A stretch of 64,000 nt of DNA from Vicugna vicugna (GCA_013265495.1 MU058289.1:1485451-1549450), one strand, 5' to 3'. Positions 24,669 through 39,200 are shown, numbered from the stretch's first letter. Notes: generated from the sequence alone by a model not told the origin. Translations and numbers: made by a program.

Positions 24669-24807
24669 TAACACTACTTGAAACACTTACATTCCCAACA
24701 CAATGGGGTACTCCTCGACTTAAAAATATAAAACATCAAAATGTGAAACAAATAATCAGATCATCTGAAAAGATACACAGAAGTTCCTTTAAGTAGTGAA
24801 CCCAGGA

Positions 24808-24908
24808 TTGACTGATTGATTATTTTTAATGTAGGTACTGGGGGCAGAACCCAGAACTTCATGCATACTAAGCATGCACTCTACCACTGAGCTATACACC
24901 CCCTACCC
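24808..24908 (-). mobile_element. Camelid tRNA-derived SINE (Vic-1-like)
   Basis: Same family core GGTACTGGGG...GAACCCAG...CATGCACTCTACCACTGAGCTATAC. Confidence 0.85.
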
Positions 24909-25349
24909 CGAGGATATATTTAATGTAACAATTCAGCAATTCCATGATGTACAACCTTTCAGGATTTCACTATGATTTTTAAAGGCTCAAGTCTATATAT
25001 ATTTAAGGTACAATCTATCTGACAATTTAGACAATTTATATAATTTATAAGGACAAAGTTATGCTTTAAGAGAACAATTACATCTAGTGGATCATTTACT
25101 CCTTTTTTCCCCTTTAATAATGCATCATTTTAAAAATTAAAAAGTAAAATTTGTAAAAGCTAAACAAGTTGAGGAATTACATTATTATTCATTAAACTTT
25201 TTAATTTAATGCTAAGCTCATGGTGAAAATTTGTATAAAAATGCCAACGAACATTACAACTGCTTAAACAACAAGGTAAAATATATATTAAAATCTCTTC
25301 ACTGTTTGGTTTGCACATTGCTGCTTCATCAAAGATAATTACTGATTAC

Positions 25350-25985
25350 GTCAATCAAAAAGACAAACAAATAATAAGTGTTGGTGAGAATGTGGACAAA
25401 CTGGAATCTTCATACATTGCTAGTAGAATTATAAAATGGGGTAACACTTCGGAAAACAGTTTGGAAGCTCCTCAAAATAAGTATAGTGTTACTACATGAC
25501 CCAGAAATTTCACCCCAATGTACATATTCAAGAGAAATGAAAAACATATCCACACAAAAACCTTTACATCAAAACTCACAGCAGCATTATTCATAAGTCA
25601 GAAACCAGAAATAACCTAAATATATATCAACTGATGAATGAATAAACAAAATGTGATATAACTATACAACAGAATATTGTATATGCATTATATACATATA
25701 AAGGAATGAAGTATGGTTACGTGTTAAAACAGCAACTTTGACAACATTCTGCTAAGTGTGAAAGATGCCAGACACAAGAATATTATGCGATCCCATTGAT
25801 AGGAAATGCTCAGAATAGGTAACTCCACAGAAATAGAAAGCAGGTTTGTGGAATAGAGAGTTACTGCTAATGGGTATAGCATTTCTTTTTGGAGTGATGG
25901 CAAGATTCTGAAGTTAGTGGTGATGGTTGCATAACTCTGAATATACTATATCTCAATTATATTTCAATAGCACTGTTGAAAAAAA
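25350..25985 (+). mobile_element. L1 ORF2 end/3'UTR fragment
   Basis: AATAAGTGTTGGTGAGAATGTGGACAAACTGGAA...CACAGCAGCATTATTCATAA. Confidence 0.8.
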
Positions 25986-26277
25986 TATTTCATCTTTCAT
26001 TTCTATCTCCCTTACATAACTTCTAACAGCAAAAGGTACATAATTTTTAAAAAGTTTTCCAGGGACACTTCTAATGCCAGACTTAGTTTCCTTTTCATAC
26101 TTCAACTAGAAATCTATTTAAATGCTACCCCGAATCTGGGAATGTGCCAAAAGGCCCTTAAAGATCACCTAATTTAAGCCCTTCAACTTACAGATGAGGG
26201 GAAAAAAATACCAGGACACTGTGTTGCACTAGGTTGCATAATGCCAGTATCTTGACTCTCAGAAATGTTCTGTTCAG

Positions 26278-26621
26278 AACTATCCAGACTGGCACATAGA
26301 TTAAGCTATGCTGCAGTAACAAATCCTGAAAGGAGTGGCCTAACCCAAGAAGGTTTATTTCTTGCTCACGTAAAGTTCAATGAGGGTCTAGCAACCCTTC
26401 AACTTGTAGCAACATCTTGGGAACTTGTGTTTGCCACAGTCACCTTAGCATGAGAAAAGAAACTCATGTACTCTTCACTGCTTCCAACTGCGAGTGACAC
26501 ACATCATTCCCCATCACAGCCCTCTGGCTAGAATGAGTCACGTGGTGCTAATGTAACTACAAGAGAAATTGGGGAATGTACGGACATATGGAATATTGGA
26601 TAAGCACTACAGTTAGCCACA
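26278..26621 (-). mobile_element. MLT1-family LTR remnant
   Basis: TAAGCTATGCTGCAGTAACAAA...AGTGGCCTAAC...GGTTTATTTCTTGCTCAC...GCCACA. Confidence 0.6.
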
Positions 26622-27419
26622 GCTGTCCACCCAACCCAGCTGTGTGTTGCTTAGTTTATACCAGATGGTGAAAACAATTCTGATTCCACACAGGAGAGGC
26701 TATTCTGTAATGCGGAGTCCCTACAGTTGCTTTCCAGAGGCCAGGTGATTCTTACATAGGCTGCTCCAGGACATGGTTCCTTGTTGTGTGGATATATGCA
26801 GAGTAGGGGAGTGGAAGGTGGTGAGGAGAGAAAGGTCACAGACTACTTTGAGAAACTGATGAAAGAACCCTCCATAGAAAAGCATATATCCAAAACACTG
26901 ACGTTTCCACTCAGTTTTGGATTTGGAGCCCCAGGTGAAGAACCACCTGCCCTCCACACTCCCAATACTTCCCTTCCCTGCAGAGGAAGGCTACATAGAG
27001 CTGGAGGCAGCAGGTGACTTCATCAAAACAGAGCCTCACTTTTTGCATTTAGTGTTGGCCCAGCAGATAACCAGGCAGGGGAGGCCTAAGGTTCAAGCTA
27101 ACACATTCAGGAGAAAACAAAGAGAAATACATATTGAACCCTTTGTACCCACACCACTTAATACCCATGCACCTATATTCTCAAGGTGTGGCCTCAGACT
27201 GTGAGCATCAGAACTGAATTGCCCAGGACCAAAGGTGCACCTGTATTAGTACGTCTGTCTATAAATCATATCAGTGTACAGGGGGCAGTCATAATGCCCA
27301 CTGACCATGTTATTAAGAATGGAAACTTTCTAAGCAATTTTTTTTTTACAAGATGCCATATTAACATTAACCTTGTTAAGACTGGGATGAAAAGAAAGAA
27401 GCTAATTATGGCTTAAGGG

Positions 27420-27597
27420 CTTCCTTCCCTGACATTAGAATCAGAACACCCCTCTTAATGGAATGATTATTAAAATACTGATTCCTGGGATACAATCCAA
27501 ACCTAATGAATCAATCTTTGGGGGCAGGAGCAGAGAATATGCATGTTTTACAAGCTCCTCAGGTGATTCTAGATGCATGTTATAATTTGAGAACCAA
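27420..27597. mobile_element. MER5A-like hAT MITE
   Basis: GATTCCTGGG...GAATCAATCTTTGGGGGCAGG...TTTTACAAGCTCCTCAGGTGATTCT...TTTGAGAACCA. Confidence 0.6.
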
Positions 27598-28864
27598 AAC
27601 AATCAGCTGAAAACCTGCTGAAAGCCACAAGGATGAGGAGACCTGAGCAAGGACATCTGAAGATGCTGACTATATAAACACCACTTAATGCAACTCAGGT
27701 TATTTCACAAAAATTCCTAGTCATTCAAGAATCCAGAAAGAGACCTCCATCTCCATGTGATAAATGACTCTATTTCTTAGAACCAAGGGGCTGGTTGGAC
27801 AATTCAATGAAAACTTCTGTTTGAATCATAATTGCTTCTAATAAGACCACTTAAATCTCACAGTCAGGCCTGGGGTTCTTCTCCAGGCAGAGAGAACAAG
27901 CCCTTGAAGAAAATTAAAATTGGTTTTTACTTATTCTTAACAGATCTGGTGTTCCTGTGCTGATCTTTGTAATCAAAACTAGATAGAGTTGAATTCAAGG
28001 AAATAACATGGAATTGAAACACCATTCAATTTCTATCATTTTCAAATGGGACTTTGCCAAGAAACAGCACGCAGAGAAGGTGGTGACATCCCACTAAGGA
28101 GTCGTCTCCATGGCAGTGATCATAATACCCCCTGACAAAATATTGTGAGAAGCTGGGTGATGGGTTCATGAGGTTCATCATATTATTTGCTCTACTGTTA
28201 CATACAACTGAACATTTCTGCGATAAAAAGTTTAAAATCCACACAAATGTGTATATAGGCACCAGGATATATCCTTTTTATTATTGTTTTAATAAAATTC
28301 TTCTCACCGCTTGTCTTACTGTTTTTTTTTAATGCTTTCTCCCCATATTTATCTGCCTGAAGGGCTAAAATATGTTCACTCCATTTAAGGACATTTCTGT
28401 TCTGTATTTTCTGAAAAAGAATTTCCACTGGGAAAATATTCACCATTTATGAATCCACTATTCATGAGACATGGAAATAAATATGCATTGTGAAAGACCT
28501 CAGAAGTTAGTTGTAGCCAAGATTTGTGAGATTTAAGTACCACATTCATAAGTTTTAATGCTGCCTAAGATTCTCAAACACATAGCAGAAAAGGACTTTT
28601 TGGTAGATGTCACATCTTTTCAATACTACAATAATTTGCAAACGTTCTCAATAGATTACAATTGAACTCAGATTGGATTACATCATTTAAAACATTCCTT
28701 TCTGTAATCAAAGTCATCAGCAATTTGTATTTCAAACAATAACAAAGAACATGCTTGAAACTAGACAAAAGTAAAGTATAAAAGGGTTTTTTCCCCCCAC
28801 AACTGGTAAGATTAAAAAAAGTGGTCATCCTAAGAAAATCTGAAGAGCTTCCCTTTAGAGAATG

Positions 28865-29105
28865 TAGTGGAAAAGAGAATGGTGTTGGGAGCCAACTAAC
28901 TGGGTGAGATCCTGGCTCTGCCACTTACCAGCTATGTGAATTTGGGCAAGTTCTTTAACCTCTCTGTGCCTCAGTTTCATCGCCTGCAAAATAGGGATAA
29001 TAATAGTAACTAATGTTACAGAGTTGAATGAGCTTATACATATAAAGCATGTAGACTAATGTCTGGCACATATTAAGCATGAAATGTTTGATGATCTTGT
29101 TGTTA
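28865..29105 (+). mobile_element. MIR SINE
   Basis: ATCCTGGCTCTGCCACTTACCAGCTATGTGAATTTGGGCAAGTTCTTTAACCTCTCTGTGCCTCAGTTTC. Confidence 0.85.
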
Positions 29106-30150
29106 TTACCATTCCAATAGGTGAAAGTAAGCAGGTCTTATTATCTTGATTGTCTGGAAAAAAGTTACTGACAAAAAAAAAAAGAAAACTCACTAAACCT
29201 CTGAACTGAGTAGAAATCTATGTATTCTTGGGCGGGTGGCATCACATGTTTCAGTGATGTGATAGTTGTTTTTGTGAACAAAGAGAACAATTTTAAATTC
29301 ATTTCAGTCATTAAGCCAATAGAGAAAAAGGAATGAAAAGCAGTCCTATTGTTGCCAATGGTATGGCACAAAGTAGCTTCATTTCAAGATGACACGCTAA
29401 ATAAACAGGCACGTGTACTTACCTTCCTACCTTCCCCAAATCCTAGAGACGTAGCAGTAAAGATATTCACAAGGGAATCACATAATAGTAATGAGAACAG
29501 CTGAGGGATATAGTCTGTTTAAATGCCAGCCACTTTCTAGAAGACAGAGAGGAAGCAGAGCCTCTGAGAACACAGACCAGAGCAGAGTTAGACACTTCGC
29601 AGAACATGTAAAGTCAACGGCGGGTGGAGAAGCAGGGCCTTTTTTCCTGGAGGAGCTGGATAAATGCCTGGCTTTGAGTCGGCAGGTACAGAACTCAGGA
29701 GTGGGAAATAGGTTCATCTATCTGATTTCCTCCTACTTCTCACTCCTGGTCAGTGAATCAGCCAACTCCTATGAAGGCAAGAGGGCTGCTGGAAAAACAG
29801 AAACTTCTTTTCAATAACATGTATAATCAATCCAGTTCTTCACTGATAAGAATCATCAGATAGTGAAAAAAAACTAACTGGACAAAAAGGAAAACTAAGA
29901 TGAAAATGAAAAGTAGATCAGACCCCAGAAGAAACATATATTTTAGGTCCCACAGAAAGACCTGAAAAGAAAGTCTAACTGGTATCCTCAGGGAGATTTG
30001 GGAAGATAATGCACCCTTAAAACAAAAGCAAGCAAATTATAAAGGAAGCAGATTCAAGAAAGAAATTACTGAAAAAAAGAAATATGATCACCAAGATGAA
30101 AAACAAAATAAGAAATAAGATGGGAGTGTAGTAGTGTGTAGGGAATTGAT

Positions 30151-30182
30151 ACACACACACATACATACACACACACACACAC
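30151..30182 (+). repeat. (CA)n microsatellite, interrupted
   Basis: Seen directly. Confidence 0.9.
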
Positions 30183-30406
30183 CACTCGCTTATATTTTTA
30201 AAAATCAGGGAATAAACCAAGAACCAATAAAAATGTTTATCTATGAAGTACAGAGAAGAAAGAACAAAGGCAAGGAAGGAAACATACATCTCTCAATCTA
30301 CCTTGCTTTAGAGTTTTATCTTCAGAACCACGTAAATATTTAATAAAATTATGAAATGAAAGTAAATAAGAAAGAAAACAATCCCTAAAAATTTTAAAAA
30401 GACAAG

Positions 30407-30640
30407 GGCAGGAGAGATAAATTAGGAGTATGGGATTAACAGATACACACTACCATATATAAAATAGATAAACAACAATGATTTACTATATAGCACAGGA
30501 AACTATGTTCAATATCTTGTAATGATATTGGAAAAAAATATAATGGAAAAAAAATTTTAAGTATATATATAACCAAATCACTTTGCTATAAACCTGAAAC
30601 AAATACAATACGGTCAATCAACTATACTTCAATTAAAAAA
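30407..30640 (+). mobile_element. 5'-truncated cetartiodactyl-type L1 3' end
   Basis: Same family as 19338-19607; TSD AAAAAGACAAG at a TTTT/AAAA site. Confidence 0.85.
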
Positions 30641-31164
30641 AAAAAGACAAGTGAACCTAAATTATCATATGGGTGGAATAATCACACAGAGGAGTTTTTC
30701 AAATTAAAACAGTGGTTTGATTGTACCTCTCTTGTGTTACTGTCAACAAAGGAGAAGAGATACAAATATAAAAATCAAAGAAATAATAATTCTTTCATTT
30801 TTCTTTTGAATTTAAATCATTATTTATCTTTATCTTTCCAGAAAGTTACTTTTATCCTGACCTAGAAGAATTCACATCCCAATTTCTGTTTATGTCCTTA
30901 ATATTATTTCCTCCCAACAAATCGAATCAGAACTCCTTATAGAAATGACTGATTCTAGATCTGGGGTCAGAAACAAAAAGATAAGCCCAGGAATTCTTAT
31001 CAGGCCAGAAATCAGGGAATCTATCTAACACTACCCAGCTCATTTCAAAGGACCCAGAGTCAACCTAAGGAGTAAGCTCTATTAATGGCCAGTAACAGGA
31101 GAACTTAAGCATCAAAAAGAATAATTCTGGAGCAAAATTCATTAAATACATAAACAGTAATGAG

Positions 31165-31968
31165 TTTGGAGTCGGCAATGATTTCTTGGCTATGACACCA
31201 AAAGCACAAGCAACAAAAGAAAAAACAGACAAATTTTACCTCACCAACATTAAAACTTTTGTTTGTCAAAGAACACTACTGATAGGATGAAAAGACAACC
31301 CACAAAATGAAAGAAAATATCTGTAAATTATATACACATCTGAAAAGAGATTAATATCCAGAATATATAAAGAACTCCTATAGCTCAAAAATATAAAACC
31401 AAACAATCCATTTGTCAAATGGGTAAAGGATTTGACTAGACATTTGTCCAAAGAAATAGACAAATGGCCAATAAACACATGAAAGGATGCACAACACATC
31501 ACTAACGATTAGGGAAATGCAAAGCAAAACCACAATAAGGTAACACTTCATATGCATTAGGGTGGCTGTTAGGAAAAAAACACACACAGAAAACAACATG
31601 TTGGCAAGGACATGGAGAAATTAGAAAACTGTTCATTGCGGGTGGAAAGGTGAAATGGTACAGCCACTGTGGAAAACAGTATGTTAGTTCCTCAAAAAAT
31701 TAAACATACAATTAATTAACATGTTATCATGTTACCTAGTAATTCCACTCCTGGGCATATACTCAAAAGAACTGAAAGCAGGACTCAAACAAATAGCTGT
31801 ACTCCAATATGCATAGCAACATTACTCATAATAGCAAAAAGGCCACAAGCCAGATGTCCACCAACATTTGATGAATGGATAAGCAAAATGTGGTATAACC
31901 ATACGATGGAATATTATTCAGCCTAAAAAGGAAGGAAATTCTGATACACGCCTCAATATAGATGAACC
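31165..31968 (+). mobile_element. L1 ORF2 3' fragment
   Basis: GGCAATGATTTCTTGGCTATGACACCAAAAGCACAAGCAACAAAAGAAAAA...AATTCCACTCCTGGGCATATAC. Confidence 0.85.
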
Positions 31969-32349
31969 TATGTTCACCCATGTGGCAAGATACCACTCTA
32001 CTTGTGAGGCCACTGGTCTGCAGAAACCTGGTTGCAATATCTATGGCCTTAAGATAGGTGCTGTGGGGAAGAAGGTGGAAATCATGGTCTCTGCTTTCAA
32101 AGTCAGAACTAGGTAACAGGATCAGCAAGCATCCTGTTTGTCAAGTTCAGGCTTGATATGGGTGAAGAGTGCGGGCTATTTCTCTGGGGAGCTGGACCTT
32201 TACCTTTTACAATCTGTTTACAGCATCTTTCACCCCCACCACACACACACACACACATGCTTTACCTCATTTCTGCAGTCAAATATGTTCACCTGTTCTT
32301 TCACAGTGTTACGTTTTACAACCTTGCCCAAACTGATGATCGAATATAA

Positions 32350-33395
32350 ATAAGCCCTTTGAAGAAGATGTACAAATGGCCAATAAGCATGTGAAAAGAT
32401 GCTCAACATCATTAGCTATCAGGGAAATGCGAATCAAAACCGTGAGATACCACTTCACAGCCACTAGGATGACTAAAATAAAAAAAGACAATAACAAGTG
32501 TTGACAGGATGTGGAGAAACTGGAGTCGTGGTAATGTAAAATGGTGCAGATATTTTGGAAAATAGTCCGGCGGTGCCTCAAAAGGTTAAACACAGAATTA
32601 CCATATAACCAAGCAATTCCACAATTATGTACATATGCAAGAAAAATAAAAAACATATGTCTGCACAAAAACCTGCGTATGAAAGTTCAGAGCAATACTA
32701 TTCGTAACAGTAAAAAAGTGAAACAACCCAAATGTCTAACAACTTCATAGTGCAGCCATACAATGGAATAATATTCTTCAGGCATAAAAGGAATGAAGCA
32801 CTGCAAACTATCAGGTATGAAATAAGCTACAAGGATGTACTGTACAAATTGGGGAATACAGCCAATATTTTATAATAACTACAAATGAGGTATAATCTTT
32901 AAAAATTGTGGATTACTATCTTGTATACATGTTACATATAATATTGTACATCAACTATACTTCAACTTAAAAATTATGATATTGTAAAATAAGTACATAA
33001 ATTAAAAAGTTTTAAAAAATGAAAAAAGAAAAGGAATGAAGTACTGATATATACTAGTACATGGATGAGGCTTGAAAACATTATGCTAAGTGAAAGAAGC
33101 CAGATATAAAAGGTCACATATTGTATGATTCCATTAATACACAATGTCCAGAATAGGCAAATCCATGAAACAGAAAGTAGATGAATGGTTGCCTAGGGCT
33201 GGGGGGAACAGGAAGAATGAGGACTGCTAATGGGTACAGGGTTTCTTTTTGGAGTGATGGAAACATTCTGAAACTATGGTGGCAGTTGTGTAATTCTATG
33301 AATATACTAAAAATCACTGAATTATACACTTTAAATGGGTGCGCTGTATGGTATGTGAGTTATATTTTAATAAAGCTGTTATTTAAAAAAATAAA
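32350..33395 (+). mobile_element. L1 ORF2 end/3'UTR with nested younger L1 tail (~32800-33030)
   Basis: AAATGGCCAATAAGCATGTGAAAAGATGCTCAACATCATTAG; duplicated AAAGGAATGAAG(C/T)ACTG flanks the nested insert. Confidence 0.82.
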
Positions 33396-36039
33396 GATGA
33401 ACCATTCCACAAACAATTACCTCTTCAAAGAAAAAAAATACAGAAAATGCTCTGTCTTCTCCAGTCCACAACAATGTAAATTTAAATAGTCACCCTTGAT
33501 AGTGCGGGGACACTACAGGAAACTAGGGAGATTAGTGAAGCTATTGTCCATGAAATTCAAAGCCCAACCATTTCTATGTTTTGGGGTTTTGGTTTTTTTT
33601 TTGGGGGTCAGTTCAGAATGACACGAGCCATATTTAGAAATGCACTCCAGAAAAATGCTTTGAAGAATTTTACTCTCAACATTCACAAATTTAAAATATC
33701 TATCTAAACAAGAGAAAATGCCTGAAAGATTCAGTTCTTAGTGCTCTCTCTTCTTAGAACTCTACTTTTTTGGCTCCCCTGATATGTTACCATGTGAAAA
33801 AGAGTGATATGAAAAGATGCTACCTCCTCCTGCCCCCTGGCCCTTCTTAGTTGCCTCCTTGAGCCACTCCCCCTCTGAGAGACCTGGAGTGCTGTCCTTC
33901 CTGAGAACTCTATGCTGGGCTGTTTCTCTCTAAGATCAACATACTCTCACTGGGAGGATCCCCAAATCCATCTTTCTAGCCCAGATCTTTTTCCTGTGCT
34001 CCAGATTCCAAATATTCAACGGCCTACTGGATAGGTCCCCAAATCAAATGTCCAAAACCACCTCTCCCAGTCTTTCTGTATTCCTCCCTGTCATGGTGAA
34101 TGGCATCACCCTCTACCTACTCGAACAAGCCAGAAACCTGGAGTTATCCTCTGCCCCTCTCTCTCCTTTATATCCAATTACTCATTTAGTCATATCCTTT
34201 CTGCTTCCTTAGTATCTCACAAGTCTTTTCCCTTCTGTCTTCACTGCCAACCCAAGTTCAAACCATCCTCACCTACTGCCTGAATTACAGAGGAGCTTCC
34301 TGAGTGATCTTCCAACTGCTGGGACTGCTCCTCTCTGGTTGCTGTGTGATTAGACTAACCATGCCACTGTTCCGCTTACAATCCATTATGGCTCTCCACT
34401 ACCCCACCTTTCTCTTCTTACCTCCTCCGCCCCCCAATTCTGCTCAGTTCTTGCTTATGCCATCTTTCCTCTCACCGTCTACACATTCAGCTCCCTCTGC
34501 CTGGAAAGCTCTCCTGGCTTACTCTCACTCCTCCTGGATGTCTGAGACATCACCTGCTCTGGGAAGTCACCTTGACAAAGACTGAGTTAGCAGCACCTCT
34601 GTGTGCAACTGTGACATCCTGCATTATCTTTGCTGTATTGTCTAGCACTGCATCACAACTGCCAGTTTCCTCTGTGTTTCCCCGCATCTCCAACTGCCAA
34701 CATCACCCAGCTCATTCGAGATATCCGAGTGTGCCAAGCACACTATAAACATTCAACAGATATTTGCTGAATGATTAGTTCATCCTCAGTATTTATTTAA
34801 TGGTTATTTCTATGCAGCATTCATACGTTCAGCCTTGCTATCCACAGAGGCAGTAGCGGAAGTGCTAGACTGAAAAAAAAAAAAAAAGCTGATGACATGC
34901 CGCATTCACACAAGTACTCCTCAACAAAACTGATCATTCATTAAGTGACTACAATGTCTCAAGCATTATACCTGGAGCTTTACATAACACTTAATGTTCA
35001 GTGGAGCTGTAAAATAAAAACGGACATTTACTGAATGGGTACTAAGTACCAGGCACTGTGCTATGCACTTTTCATTTGTTATCTAATTTAATGCTCAAAA
35101 GGACCCTGCCAGGTAGGTGAAGTATGTAAGGAAGCTAAGTGAGTTCTCCACGTTCTTGCCACACAGCCAAGGTTACTGACAGTGCTGGGGCTGGGGCCTG
35201 GGAGTCTGTCACCAGCAGCTGGGCTCTCCATCACTGCATTATTCCACCTCTGTCAACTATCCAGACCAGGACAGTCTGCTTATCACCCTTAGGAGATGGT
35301 TTCAAGCCATAGGTTTCTTGGAATTGACAGGAAGTCGGGCTGGAGCAATGAAAAGAAAGTGACCTCTGTTTAGGAGATCAAACTCATATTCATTGCTGAT
35401 GACCTAAATGCAACTCTCCAATCAAGATCCCTCTCTCCTGGCACTAGACTCACAAGACATCTCCTAAGGTCCTTCAAATGATACCAAGTCATCCTTCCAT
35501 TCCCTGCTCCTCCTGCTGTATTTACTGCCTTGGTTAAAGGCACTACCTACACTGCACCTAAACCTACGGTATCATCCCAGATGGTCCCTGTCCTGTTCCC
35601 TTTTCTGGCAGGTGCTTTACATTCAATCCAGCCAGTCCTGTTCACCACAGTTCACAGTTCAATCCCGTTCACCTGGTCTACTGCAACCGATCCAGAACTG
35701 TTACCTACTGCTACTGTTACATCCTAAATGCCTCTCCCCCTCCTTTACACCAGCACTGTTCAGCTTCCAAGGAACCAGCCTTCAGGAGCAAGCATTTAAG
35801 GCTGAGAGAGAATACCTTTTATGAGGACTAGAAGCTAGGCTGCTAGCTAGATGCTTACGCTCCAGCTCTCTCAATGAAAGCAAAGGAGACAATAGCAAAA
35901 TCTAAGTAACAACTAAAAATGTATGAGAATATCACACGCCGGAATAGAAACTAACAAATAGCTCCAATCCCAAGGAACCAGACATTCTATTTTATTCCAT
36001 TTCACAAAATTAGTAAGTCAGCATTCAATCTTTTAACAC

Positions 36040-36288
36040 AGTGGTTCTCAACAAGTCAGGAAGATGATGCTACATACACACATACACACACACACACACA
36101 CACACTGCCCAGGGGACATTTAGCTATGTCTGGAAACATTTTTTGGTTGTCACAACTGAAAAAGCTCTAGTAGGTAAGGCTGGAAATGCTCCTAAATATC
36201 CTGCAATGCCCAGGACAGACCCCTATTCACCTGAAGACAAAAACTTACCCACTCAAAGGTCCAGAGTGTAGCAATTCAGCAGCTCTGC
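36040..36288 (+). mobile_element. MER20 with internal (CA)n
   Basis: CAGTGGTTCTCAAC...CCCAGGGGACATTT...ATGTCTGGAAACATTTTTTGGTTGTCACAACTG. Confidence 0.75.
36073..36105 (+). repeat. (CA)n microsatellite
   Basis: Seen directly. Confidence 0.9.
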
Positions 36289-39200
36289 TTAACAAATTCC
36301 TTCCATATTGAAGTACCTAATGGATAAAAAGTTACTTCTTTCTGGGAAGACAATACAAACTTCCCCCATAAATTAAGCTATACCAGGTCCATAAGAGATA
36401 CCAGTGGAAAAGAGGCAGGTAAATGCTACATGTGTGGTTTAGAAAACAAATACTGAGTGGGAAGAAGGAGAGCACCACAGAGGCTGAGGCCTGGTCAGCG
36501 ATCTCAAGAGAGCAGGTGAGGCTCCTCACTTCACCCCAAGCCTGGGAGTCAAGGCCCCCATGAATCCAGAACTCACCTCTCTAGTCTTACTTGCAACAGG
36601 CCCCTTCAGCCCACCCTCTGCTCCTGCCACACTGCCCACCTACAACAGCTTCTCCACAGCACCACGACACCCTGCTGTTCCCACTGGAAAAAACCCTCAC
36701 CTATTTCACCAAAGCTCTGTCCTCCAGCTCAGCAGCACTTAACTCCCCTCAACCCCAGGGGAGGAGGACATGTCCTTATCTCAAATCACCAATCACAAAA
36801 GCCAGTTCCTAGATTCCTACAGGAAGGAGGTAGTACAAAGACTTAGGTGGAAAATGCTTTAAATGGCTCAGGCCCTAAGGCCTTGCCCTCTGCCACCTAA
36901 AATCAGGGCTTAGGAACAGCCAGCCAGGAGCCCCCACACTTCCTGCAGTTGCTGGGTAAAAATAGGAAGTGGGGGAGGAAGCTCACAAAGCAGAAACAAA
37001 TGTAATCACTGCTTAGCTTCCTGAACATAAATCACTGAGCAGGGAGGGTATCATTAAAACACTGAAACGGAAAGGGAGGCATGCAGAGCCAAGGCCAGAG
37101 GAAAGGAAGTGACACTTCTGGGTCCACCAAGCCCAGACTAACTCTGCCGGGGAGACTAGTATAGTATGTGCAAAACTGGACATGAGTTTATAAAGAAAGT
37201 TTCCAAGGAATTAATACTAAAGCATGTTAATTTAAAGAATCAAGCAACAACTCCTGAAACATTAAAGTCCTATCAGAGTAAAAAATGTCAATGAAAAAGT
37301 TTTAAGAAAGTCAGGATTAAACTATATTTGCCCTAGTCAAGAAGAGGCTAGTAGAACTGTTAAAACAAACCAGAAAGTTACTAAACAACTGAGTGGTTTA
37401 TGAAACCCATGCTTTTCCACACTGAGCTATGAAAATGCACATAGATAGAAAAGAACCCTACTAAACAAAAATTCTAATCACAGAATTCTAAAAAATTCTA
37501 ATCATAGTTGGAATCTGTCATCTATCAGAGTTGAACAAAGATGCCTCTACACTTGTGCCCACCAACACGGCTCAACCTGCAGGCTGTGCCTGAATGCTCC
37601 AGGCACCCAGGATGCAGAGGTCAGTGCCGATGTCAAAGAGCTTCTAGTCTAATGGGGGCACAAACTGCCTCCATGTGGTGACACCTGATTGCCCTTGTGC
37701 TGACTCTTGCTCTTAAACAATTTATCACCACAAAATACGACATTCCTTTACAAAAATAAAGCAAGTTATCATTAGTGGATTTGAAGAGCTTTTATATTTG
37801 GTAATCTACAAATAACTGGTAATTTCATTTAAGCAGAAGAAAGAAATTTTCTAACCACAAAGCCAACAGAGTTGAAATTAGTTTCAAAATAACACAGGTT
37901 AAAAACAAAATAGGCCAAATGTGTTAAACAGTCATATAGATAAATGACAGGTTTAATTTTGTTCAAATTGAGGGTATGGAGTGGGTGGGGGGTAGAAAGA
38001 GGAAAAAATCAAAGTTTAGTTTTTTAAATAGTCATTGCATAAACAAGCAGAAAAGTCAATTAAATGGATGATAATCACCATATATTGTTTCATACAAAGA
38101 AAAATGGTGAACATTTAATGAAAAAAATCCATTATTACTTGGTCCTGCTGAGGACAAATCCAGCTATCTGTCTGATTCTTTGGTAATAAATGAATTTACT
38201 CTATCCTAAGACTCATGTGTAGTCTTTTTATGAAGTCAAAGGCAAACTCTCAAATCTGCTGCCATTAAAATAAATGAAGTATTAGAACTTTTGAAAGAAT
38301 TTTATTAGAGGAACACTCTAAGCCAAAAAAAAAAAAAAAACTTTGTTAAACAGAAATATTCAAAAGAGAGGGAAATAGGTGGGGGGCAAAGCCTTACCAA
38401 AAACAGGTTGATCTACAAATAATTACCACACATCACCAAAGGGTGAACAAAGTTGGCTCCTAAACGCCTGAAAAAGTGCTCAGGTGAAATTAAGTTTTTA
38501 TCTATAAACTGAAATGGTCTTGGGCCAATAAAAATCTGCACATCAAAATGCACCCCAAGCACTATGAAAAGTTCTACAACAACAAATTGTGCTGCTTATG
38601 GAAATTCAAGTGTAAATCAAGAAGTGAGAATAACTTACAGTAAATCATCTTTAAAAAATCACAAAACATTGATGTACTTTTTCAAATCCAATTTGTTAAA
38701 AAAAAAAAACTTAAAAAAAAAATCTACATCTATGAAAAAACCTGCAGGTGATTTTTATTCCAGTGTGTTACAGCATGAAAAGGCCTTGATCCACTCAGCT
38801 CTGTTTAAGTCTAGTTTTAGCTCAGTTATCCAAAGTTTCCAAACTTGTAAAAGCAAACTGAACTAGTAAAAACTAATGTATCTACTAGAAGGTTATTTAA
38901 GGAAATTTAAAATTCTATAGTGCTACTCATTCTTAACAACTTGCACTGTGACACATAACCAAAATTAACCTCGGATGGGGAAAAGCAAGTATTTATCAAG
39001 AAGCTTATATACAAATGGGTAAATCAAAGTGTAATATGGAAATTATTTCACTTATTACAGAGAGGAATTACATAACCTTTAGATAAATACACTTCAGATT
39101 CAGGATCATTTCTGAAACTTTAAGGTACTCTTTTTACAATATCCATAAATGTTATCAGTGGATATTATAAAAGCTCCCTCCTCCAGGCAGGAAACATTGA

